DNA of 52,763 nucleotides from Candidatus Termititenax persephonae (GTDB lineage Bacteria; Margulisbacteria; Termititenacia; Termititenacales; Termititenacaceae): NCBI GenBank assembly GCA_003864475.1, contig BGZO01000005.1, positions 1 to 52,763 of the forward strand, read 5' to 3'. Shown piece by piece: positions 46,537 to 52,763 of this stretch (position 1 is its first letter; each line of letters starts with the position of its first letter). The notes under the pieces were generated by a model. It saw only the letters and a program-made list of their open reading frames with translations, ran no database searches and was not told where the DNA came from. The position numbers and the translations under genes were made by a program.

Positions 46537-47361
46537 GTGCAAACTTATAAATTAAATAACGGTCTGGAAATTCCGGCGGTCGGTTTCGGCACTTGGCAGA
46601 CTCCGGCGGGAGAGGTAACGGTCAAGTCCGTGCGCGAGGCTTTGCGTGTCGGCTATACGCATATCGACACGGCGGCGGCTTATGAGAATGAGGCGAGCGT
46701 CGGTAAGGCGATTCGGGAGAGCGGCTTGCCACGCGAAAAACTTTTTATCACGACCAAGCTTTGGAATTCTGACCGCGGCTACGACCGTACCTTGGCCGCC
46801 TTTGACTGGAGCCTAAAAGAACTGAAGCTGGATTATCTCGACCTCTATCTTATTCACTGGCCGGATGCCAAGGACAAGGAAAAAAATATCAGCTCTTGGC
46901 AAGCTCTGGAGCGGCTGTGCAAAGAGGGGCGGGTTAAGACCATCGGGGTCAGCAATTTTAAGCAACAACATTTGCAACCGTTGCTGGATGCGGCGGAAAT
47001 AAAACCAGCCGTCAATCAGATTGAATATCATCCGGGTTTTCGTCAGCCAGAACTGGTGGATTTTTGCCGTCAGAATGATATCTTAATCGAGGCTTGGAGT
47101 CCGCTCGGTTCTGGACGGATATTGCAGGATAAAAATCTCCAGGCAATCGCGCAGAAATATAACAAGTCTGTCGCGCAGATTTGCCTGCGCTGGTGTCTGC
47201 AGAACGGGACATTGCCGTTGCCCAAATCGGTTACGCCAGCGCGGATTAAAGAAAACTATCAGGTCTGCGATTTTGTCATAGCGGCGGAAGACCTGCAATT
47301 TATCGACGCTTTGCCGGAGTTCGGCTGGTCGGGGCTGAATCCCGACAGCGTACCTTTTTAA
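46537..47361 (+). CDS. Aldo/keto reductase
   Basis: GFGTW, IDTAAAYENE, LDLYLIHWP, IGVSNF, NQIEYHP, LPKSVTPARI; start approximate. Confidence 0.93.
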   Translation: MQTYKLNNGLEIPAVGFGTWQTPAGEVTVKSVREALRVGYTHIDTAAAYENEASVGKAIRESGLPREKLFITTKLWNSDRGYDRTLAAFDWSLKELKLDYLDLYLIHWPDAKDKEKNISSWQALERLCKEGRVKTIGVSNFKQQHLQPLLDAAEIKPAVNQIEYHPGFRQPELVDFCRQNDILIEAWSPLGSGRILQDKNLQAIAQKYNKSVAQICLRWCLQNGTLPLPKSVTPARIKENYQVCDFVIAAEDLQFIDALPEFGWSGLNPDSVPF

Positions 47362-47365
47362 GCAA

Positions 47366-48511
47366 ATGGCCGAGCCTTACGTTTTTGTCTTGGCTGGCGG
47401 TTCGGGGACGCGGCTGGCTCCCTTGTCCTTGACTAGTCCGGGCAAGTTGCCCAAGCAGTTTTTGGCCTTAGTCGGCAGGCAAACCATGCTTCAGCAGACT
47501 ATCGAGCGCGTCCCTGCCGGACAGGTCGTCGTTGTGCCGGAGGAGCGTTATGTCTCCGCTATCCGTGAGCAATGCCGGGATTTGCCGCGGCAAGTCGAGA
47601 TACTGGCCGAGCCTTTTGGCTGTAATACCGCCGCGGCGGTTGGTCTATGCGCCCGGTACGCCCAATGGCGGACTGGCGACGAGCAGACTGTGCTTTTTTT
47701 CCTGCCAGCGGATCACCTCATGGACAGGGCTGTTTTTGGCGAGCTGTTCGTGCAGGCCGTGGAACGCGCCTTGACGGGCAGGATAGTAACCATCGGCATC
47801 ACGCCCGACCGTCCAGAGACCGGTTACGGCTACATCCAGACCAGCGCGGCGGAGGGTAGATTGGCGGTGCGGGCTTTTGTGGAAAAACCCGACCTGCCGA
47901 CCGCGCAAAAATACTTGGCGGCGGGCGGTTATTTTTGGAACGCCGGGATGTTCGTGATGCAGGCTGATACGGCCTTGCGGGCTTTGGAGCGCGATGCGCC
48001 GGAGATTTACAATGCCCTGCTCGGCATTGATTTTGCTCAGGACTGGCTGACGGAGATTGCGCGTCAGTATCAGATTATCAAGGACAAAAAGCAGAATATT
48101 TCCATCGACTATGCCGTCATGGAAAAAGAAGCGGCCAATCTGGAACTGCTACCCGCGCCGACCGCGCTGGAGTGGAATGATGTTGGCGGCTGGATTGCGC
48201 TCAAGAAATATTTTCCGCCGGACGCGCAGAATAATTTACTTCTCAATTATACACCAGACAAAATAAAGCTGGCTGGTCTGCGGGAGATGCTGGTGGTCGA
48301 TACGGAAAATGGTATTTTGCTCTGTCCGCAGGCGCAGGCGCAGAGAGCCAAAGAAATCATCGCCGGACTGGAGAAAAAACTGACCGCGGAAACTATAGAC
48401 TGCCAAGGGGTAAGCATCGAAAACCACACGGCGCGTTATATCGGCGCTATTGGCCTGCAAAATATTAAGGTTGTTTATGACCATGGAGAGTTAAATATTT
48501 CCAGCCTTTGA
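47366..48511 (+). CDS. manC: Mannose-1-phosphate guanylyltransferase
   Basis: LAGGSGTRL, PKQFL, NTAAA, PADH, PETGYGYI, FVEKP, WNAGMF, SIDYAVME. Confidence 0.9.
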   Translation: MAEPYVFVLAGGSGTRLAPLSLTSPGKLPKQFLALVGRQTMLQQTIERVPAGQVVVVPEERYVSAIREQCRDLPRQVEILAEPFGCNTAAAVGLCARYAQWRTGDEQTVLFFLPADHLMDRAVFGELFVQAVERALTGRIVTIGITPDRPETGYGYIQTSAAEGRLAVRAFVEKPDLPTAQKYLAAGGYFWNAGMFVMQADTALRALERDAPEIYNALLGIDFAQDWLTEIARQYQIIKDKKQNISIDYAVMEKEAANLELLPAPTALEWNDVGGWIALKKYFPPDAQNNLLLNYTPDKIKLAGLREMLVVDTENGILLCPQAQAQRAKEIIAGLEKKLTAETIDCQGVSIENHTARYIGAIGLQNIKVVYDHGELNISSL

Positions 48512-48551
48512 GCTGGTAAAGTTTCTGGTCTGGAGTAACGCTCATTATTCG

Positions 48552-48580
48552 TTGACAATTGTATCACAATAATATACACT
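48552..48580 (+). promoter_or_regulatory. TA promoter with short palindrome
   Basis: TTGACA-N17-TACACT with ATTGT-atc-ACAAT in the spacer. Confidence 0.6.
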
Positions 48581-48598
48581 CTTTAAAAGAGGGTAATT

Positions 48599-48892
48599 AT
48601 GAATTTTTACACAGCGCGGGATTTACGGACGATTCCCAAGAATATTTGGGGCAGTTTGGCTGATGACAATGAAGTGGTCATTACCAATAACGGTCGCCCT
48701 ACCGCCTTAATGCTGCCTGTTTCGGAGACAAATTTTGACGAGACGCTTAAAGCCATACGTCAGGCCAGAGCCATGATTGCTTTCAATAATATGCGCGGTA
48801 AGGCTGCCCAGCAGGGTTTCCTGACCGTTAAGGAAATTGCCGCCGAGATAGACGCTTGCCGCAAGGAACGCCGCGCCGCCGCGCACAAGTAA
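48599..48892 (+). CDS. Phd/YefM-family antitoxin
   Basis: FYTARDLR...EVVITNNGRPTALMLP. Confidence 0.85.
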   Translation: MNFYTARDLRTIPKNIWGSLADDNEVVITNNGRPTALMLPVSETNFDETLKAIRQARAMIAFNNMRGKAAQQGFLTVKEIAAEIDACRKERRAAAHK

Positions 48893-49287
48893 TGCAGGTT
48901 GTTTTAGACACTAATGTTTTGGTTTCCGCGCTCTGGTCGCGTCAAAGTGAACCGGCCAGGGTACTGGCTCTTGTACAAAATGGAAAAATCACACCCTGCT
49001 ATGATTACCGAATCTTGACCGAGTACCGGGAGGTACTAAGCCGGGCAAAATTTAATTTTGCCGCGTGGGAAGTCCAGGCGCTCTTGGCTTTGTTCGTCCA
49101 GGATGGTTGGTCTGTGGTACCCAAAAGTCTGTCGGTCGCTTTTACCGACCCTGACGACAGGCCATTTTACGAGACCGCAAAATATTGCCAAGCCAAATTG
49201 ATTACTGGTAATAAAAAGCATTTTCCACCGGATTCACTGGTCGTTGCGCCAAGAAAATTTCTGGAATCTTTTGGCGAAGGGCAATGA
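48892..49287 (+). CDS. PIN-domain toxin
   Basis: VVLDTNVLVSAL, EYREVL, DPDDRPF, LITGNKKHF; TAATG coupling to the antitoxin. Confidence 0.9.
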   Translation: MQVVLDTNVLVSALWSRQSEPARVLALVQNGKITPCYDYRILTEYREVLSRAKFNFAAWEVQALLALFVQDGWSVVPKSLSVAFTDPDDRPFYETAKYCQAKLITGNKKHFPPDSLVVAPRKFLESFGEGQ

Positions 49288-49343
49288 TTCAAAGGCGGAG
49301 AAGCAAAAGCGATAATTGCCAGCAGGCCCGTAAATATATTTGC

Positions 49344-50381
49344 TTATGGAAGCTTGGCTTGTTGGCTGGGCAATTCCCAATTCGGCAGGGCGGAGATGTT
49401 CAGCGGCGCAAAATTTTTGCTTTGCCATTTGGCTAGCGCTGCGCCGGCAATCATGGCCGCGTTGTCGGTGCAGAGTGCGGGCGGCGGAAAATGGATTTGC
49501 CTGCCCTGAGCCTGTCCCGCCGCGCCCAGCGTCCGGCGCAGCCCTTGGTTGGCGGCCACGCCGCCGGCCAGATAAATATGCTCACTGCTGTATTTTTGCG
49601 CGGCGGACAGCGTATGTTCCGTCAAGGTCTCGGCGACAGTTTTTTGAAAAGCGGCGCAGACATCTGCCGGGCGTGCCGCGGGATTGCGGCGGCAATAATT
49701 TAGCACATTGGTTTTTAAACCGCTGAAACTAAAATCAAACTTGCTTTCCGGCGCGCGCAACCGCGCCTTGCTAAAACTGATAGTGCCGCTGGCGCCGTCC
49801 TGCGCCAGCCTGTCCACGAGCGGCCCGCCGGGGTAACCGAGTTTTAGTATCCGCGCCACCTTGTCATAAGCCTCCCCTGCCGCGTCATCGATGGTCTGTC
49901 CGACGGTCTGATACTGCCCGGGTTTTGCCGAAATTATTAGTTGCGTATGCCCGCCGCTGACCAGCAGGCACAGGAAAGGATAAGGTATGTCCATTTTTTC
50001 CTGCGGCGCCATGGAGATAAAATTGGCGAAAATATGCCCCTCTAAGTGATTGACGGCGATGAGCGGTTTTTGGTGGATGTAGGCGAGGGTTTTGGCGGCC
50101 TGCAAGCCTATTAACAAGGCGCCGAGCAGGCCCGGCCCTTGCGTTACAGCCAGGGCGGAGATATCGCCCATATTTTTCGCGGCCTCTTGCAGGGCTTGTT
50201 CGATGACAGCATTTATCGCCTCGACATGCATCCGCGAGGCGATTTCCGGTATCACGCCGCCGTAAGCCTTGTGCGTGTCGATTTGCGTGGCGATGACATT
50301 GCTGTGTACCACGCCGCGGGTGTCGACCACGGCGGCGGCGGTCTCGTCGCAGGAAGTCTCGATGCCGAGAATGTAGTCCAT
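49344..50381 (-). CDS. tsaD: tRNA threonylcarbamoyltransferase TsaD
   Basis: LGIETSCDET, GGVIPEIASRMH, NHLEGH, VSGGHT, DDAAGEAYDK, FSFSGLKT, CTDNAAMIA. Confidence 0.97.
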   Translation of the reverse strand: MDYILGIETSCDETAAAVVDTRGVVHSNVIATQIDTHKAYGGVIPEIASRMHVEAINAVIEQALQEAAKNMGDISALAVTQGPGLLGALLIGLQAAKTLAYIHQKPLIAVNHLEGHIFANFISMAPQEKMDIPYPFLCLLVSGGHTQLIISAKPGQYQTVGQTIDDAAGEAYDKVARILKLGYPGGPLVDRLAQDGASGTISFSKARLRAPESKFDFSFSGLKTNVLNYCRRNPAARPADVCAAFQKTVAETLTEHTLSAAQKYSSEHIYLAGGVAANQGLRRTLGAAGQAQGRQIHFPPPALCTDNAAMIAGAALAKWQSKNFAPLNISALPNWELPSQQAKLP

Positions 50382-50458
50382 ATACTATAAGAATAACACA
50401 AATCTGGCTCAAGCTTCTCTCGTCCTGGCCCAAAAAATGGCGCACACCCCCGCCCTCG

Positions 50459-50530
50459 GTCGCGCTCCGTAGCTAGGTTATTTTGGGCGCGGGGTAAATA
50501 TCTTTACCGCCGCATTCGACCTTAAAAAAA
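50459..50530. repeat. Imperfect ~70 bp direct repeat with internal hairpin, copy 1
   Basis: CTCCGTAGCTAGGTTATT...GCGCGGGGTAAATATCTTTACC; matches 51238-51308. Confidence 0.8.
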
Positions 50531-50544
50531 GTTAAATTCATTAG

Positions 50545-50955
50545 CTAATTATCCTTAAACGGATTGAAATAACCCAAAATCCGTTCCGGATTTCTCACAC
50601 AAATTTGGATGTGATTTTTTTCTCTAAAAGATGCCGATGGATAAAGCGCTTGGCCTTCCCAAAACACACCGCGCACAGTGTCGTAAGGTTTTTCTTCAAG
50701 CAAATTTAAACAATTTCCCAGACTGATAATAGCCCCAATTACTGCCGGATTTTTCTTGTGTTCTTTTGCCCACTCCCAAGCCCTTTGGGGATTGGCTTCC
50801 CAAAAATATATTCCCGTGCCGAGCCAGTCCCAAGTGTTTTCGCTTTTACTCAAATGAGGAATTTTACCCAATATCACATCATAAGCACATTTTTCATCTG
50901 TGCCATGAAAACCGTATGCGATTACCGGAGAAGCAGAGTACTCATGCTTGTACAT
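50545..50955 (-). CDS. Putative ADP-ribosyltransferase-fold toxin-like protein
   Basis: YGFHGT...WLGTGIYFWE...HIQICVRN pattern; start ATG 50955. Confidence 0.6.
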   Translation of the reverse strand: MYKHEYSASPVIAYGFHGTDEKCAYDVILGKIPHLSKSENTWDWLGTGIYFWEANPQRAWEWAKEHKKNPAVIGAIISLGNCLNLLEEKPYDTVRGVFWEGQALYPSASFREKNHIQICVRNPERILGYFNPFKDN

Positions 50956-50959
50956 AAAG

Positions 50960-51100
50960 CTAGGTGGCAAATTCCTTTTTCAAACTTCCGTCTGCGTTAT
51001 GAACGCCGGTGGACAAAAAATATTTTTGCAAGGCCTTTTTGTCAGTCAAAAGTTTTTTGACGATGGCATCACTTTTCTGCTGTATGTCTTTCGGTGTCAT
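50960..51100 (-). CDS. 46 aa protein, putative antitoxin partner
   Basis: MTPKDIQQKSDAIVKKLLTDKKALQKYFLSTGVHNADGSLKKEFAT; SD AAGGAG; 4 bp before the next start. Confidence 0.6.
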   Translation of the reverse strand: MTPKDIQQKSDAIVKKLLTDKKALQKYFLSTGVHNADGSLKKEFAT

Positions 51101-51237
51101 AATCAAAACTCCTTGGCTAATATTATGCTACTTTTTGGCTTAAAAGCAAGGGAGCAATTACCGTAATTTCCCGATTTTCTTGATAATTTCTGCTTTTGAA
51201 GGTCCCAAATGTTTTACTAATAGGTATTCCCAGCGCA

Positions 51238-51308
51238 GTCGTACTCCGTAGCTAGGTTATTCTAGGCGCGTGGATAAATATTTTTACCCCGCGCACAACT
51301 TTAAAAAA
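51238..51308. repeat. Imperfect ~70 bp direct repeat, copy 2
   Basis: Matches 50459-50530. Confidence 0.8.
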
Positions 51309-51386
51309 TGGCGCACAAGAGGACAGAAATAAAAGAACACAAAAAGAACACAAAAAATTGCACGAGAAAAGAACGGAAAAATTCGA

Positions 51387-51415
51387 TGCAAGTATCCGCG
51401 CGCCCCCGCCGATAG
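51387..51415 (+). promoter_or_regulatory. sigma28-like promoter
   Basis: TGCAAG-N15-GCCGATAG; the -10 box is a 7/8 match to the FliA consensus GCCGATAA. Confidence 0.6.
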
Positions 51416-51523
51416 TTGAGTCGGACAAGGTATTGACACTCGTGGTAAGATAACAAGATAAAATATTTTGGACAACCCGCCGCGGAGACACGCAAGACGC
51501 ACGGCATGACAAGGAGACATCCC

Positions 51524-51649
51524 ATGGTTAGTGGCCAGACACTCGGACATTCAGATAATCGCGCGGCGGACGCGGGGTTTCCGCGCCGTTCCGGCGTTGT
51601 GTTAAGTAATACTTACCCCCCCCCCCCCCCCCCACAATTTTTGGCTTAG
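51524..51649 (+). CDS. Leader peptide containing a C18 tract (41 aa, ...NTYPPPPPPQFLA)
   Basis: SD AAGGAG at 51511, ATG 51524, C tract 51616-51633, TAG 51647-51649. Confidence 0.55.
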   Translation: MVSGQTLGHSDNRAADAGFPRRSGVVLSNTYPPPPPPQFLA

Positions 51650-51695
51650 GTACGCCAAAAACATAACATATCCTTACGGCGCAATGAACAAATGG

Positions 51696-51728
51696 ACCCG
51701 CCCGGGCCTGGCTCGGGCGGGTTTTTTT
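51696..51728 (+). terminator. Intrinsic terminator upstream of the tail-fibre-like gene
   Basis: ACCCGCCCGGGC-CTG-GCTCGGGCGGGT 12 bp stem running into a T7 tract. Confidence 0.85.
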
Positions 51729-51769
51729 GCGCTCGGGAGATGAAAAAATAAAACACAGGGGGGCATATC

Positions 51770-52763
51770 ATGGCGAACGCGGGCGACTACAATGACGGCA
51801 CGGACACGGACTTCACGGGGGCGACATACAAAATAAGCACCAACGAGAAAATCTCGGCGGAGGGGATGCGGAACGCCCTGCACACCAAGGAGAAGGTTGC
51901 GAACAAGCAGGTGGACTCCACCGACGCCACGGGGACGCTGACCGCCAGCAGCAGCGACACGTACTACCCGTCGTCCAGGCTGGCGGGGAGAAACCTCGAC
52001 AAGAAAGTGAGCAAGAGCGGGGACACGCTGAGCGGGAGGCTGACCGGGGCGAACCTGAAGGGCGCTTGGATAGACACGTTCACGACGAACACGGCGCTCT
52101 ACGTCCCGCCGAACGACGCCACGGGTTCCGCGGCGCAGGGGGTGCTGTCTTGGCGCACGGCGCAGGGGGACGGGTACGCCATCAACAACCTCAACGGTGA
52201 GAACAGGACGAGGCTGCAGTACGCCACGAGCGCGAACATAACCAGCGGCACGAACACCACGGCAGACGTTCTCACCATCACGGGCGGGGTGGTGTCCTTC
52301 GCGGCATCACCGACCGTGCCGGGCAAGGAGAACCCGGCCTCGGCCAGCAACAAAACGGTCATCGCGACTGAGGCGCAGGTCGCGCTCAAGCAGGACAAGA
52401 TAGCTGCGGCCAGCGGCACGGCGGACGGGCTGATGAGCGCGGCTGACAAGACCAAGCTGAGCGGGATAGCGGAAAACGCCAACAATTACACGCACCCGAC
52501 GGCGACGGAGTACACGTCCGGGCTGTACAAGGTTACGGTGGATGGCCTTGGTCATGTGACGGCGGCCACCGCCGCCACCAAGGCTGACATCACGGCGCTC
52601 GGAATCCCGGGTTCCGACACAACGTACGCGCACCCAACGGCGACGGAGTACACGTCCGGGCTGTACAAGGTTACGGTGGATGGCCTTGGTCATGTGACGG
52701 CGGCCACCGCCGCCACCAAGGCTGACATCACGGCGCTCGGAATCCCGGGTTCCGACACAACGT
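51770..52763 (+). CDS. Phage tail-fibre-like protein, partial (runs off right edge)
   Basis: Open from ATG 51770 (MANAGDYNDG...). KVSKSGDTLSGRLT, DGLMSAADKTKLSGIAENANNYTHP and KVTVDGLGHVTA motifs typical of tail fibres; GC-rich. Confidence 0.78.
   Translation, partial: MANAGDYNDGTDTDFTGATYKISTNEKISAEGMRNALHTKEKVANKQVDSTDATGTLTASSSDTYYPSSRLAGRNLDKKVSKSGDTLSGRLTGANLKGAWIDTFTTNTALYVPPNDATGSAAQGVLSWRTAQGDGYAINNLNGENRTRLQYATSANITSGTNTTADVLTITGGVVSFAASPTVPGKENPASASNKTVIATEAQVALKQDKIAAASGTADGLMSAADKTKLSGIAENANNYTHPTATEYTSGLYKVTVDGLGHVTAATAATKADITALGIPGSDTTYAHPTATEYTSGLYKVTVDGLGHVTAATAATKADITALGIPGSDTT
52491..52763 (+). repeat. 138 bp (46 aa) tandem repeat, at least 2 copies
   Basis: HPTATEYTSGLYKVTVDGLGHVTAATAATKADITALGIPGSDTTYA; DNA units start at 52491 and 52629. 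Confidence 0.95.

Overview
Bacterial chromosomal window of roughly 50% GC by eye, with AT-rich accessory patches and a GC-rich right end. Housekeeping genes (tRNA-Thr/tuf, hisC, gcvT, icd, rfbC, trpS, mraY-murD-ftsW, manC, tsaD) alternate with cell-surface and accessory loci. The content resembles Margulisbacteria such as Ca. Termititenax; this is inference from recall and was not verified. Main accessory blocks: (i) a Pmp-repeat surface protein running off the left edge; (ii) a ~13.7 kb operon with a giant Ig/FN3 repeat protein (split by one in-frame TGA) carrying a T9SS-type C-terminal domain, two PorV-like barrels, an SLH protein and a stand-alone CTD protein; (iii) a glycan locus (GT2, GH9, GH8, small putative CBM protein) whose hydrolases share a signal-peptide-less EF-hand-like N-terminal tag, with a repeat-bounded cassette between GT2 and GH9; (iv) two clear and one putative toxin-antitoxin pairs; (v) a tail-fibre-like gene running off the right edge. 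The strongest novel signal is regulatory: three G/C homopolymer tracts sit in translated leaders. At 51524-51743 the poly-C length decides whether a leader ORF is translated through an intrinsic terminator in front of the tail-fibre-like gene, i.e. a candidate phase-variable attenuator. A shared sigma28-like promoter motif (T[GT]CAA-N17/18-CGA[TA]) precedes five non-housekeeping units. No CRISPR array, rRNA, integrase, transposase or reverse transcriptase was seen.
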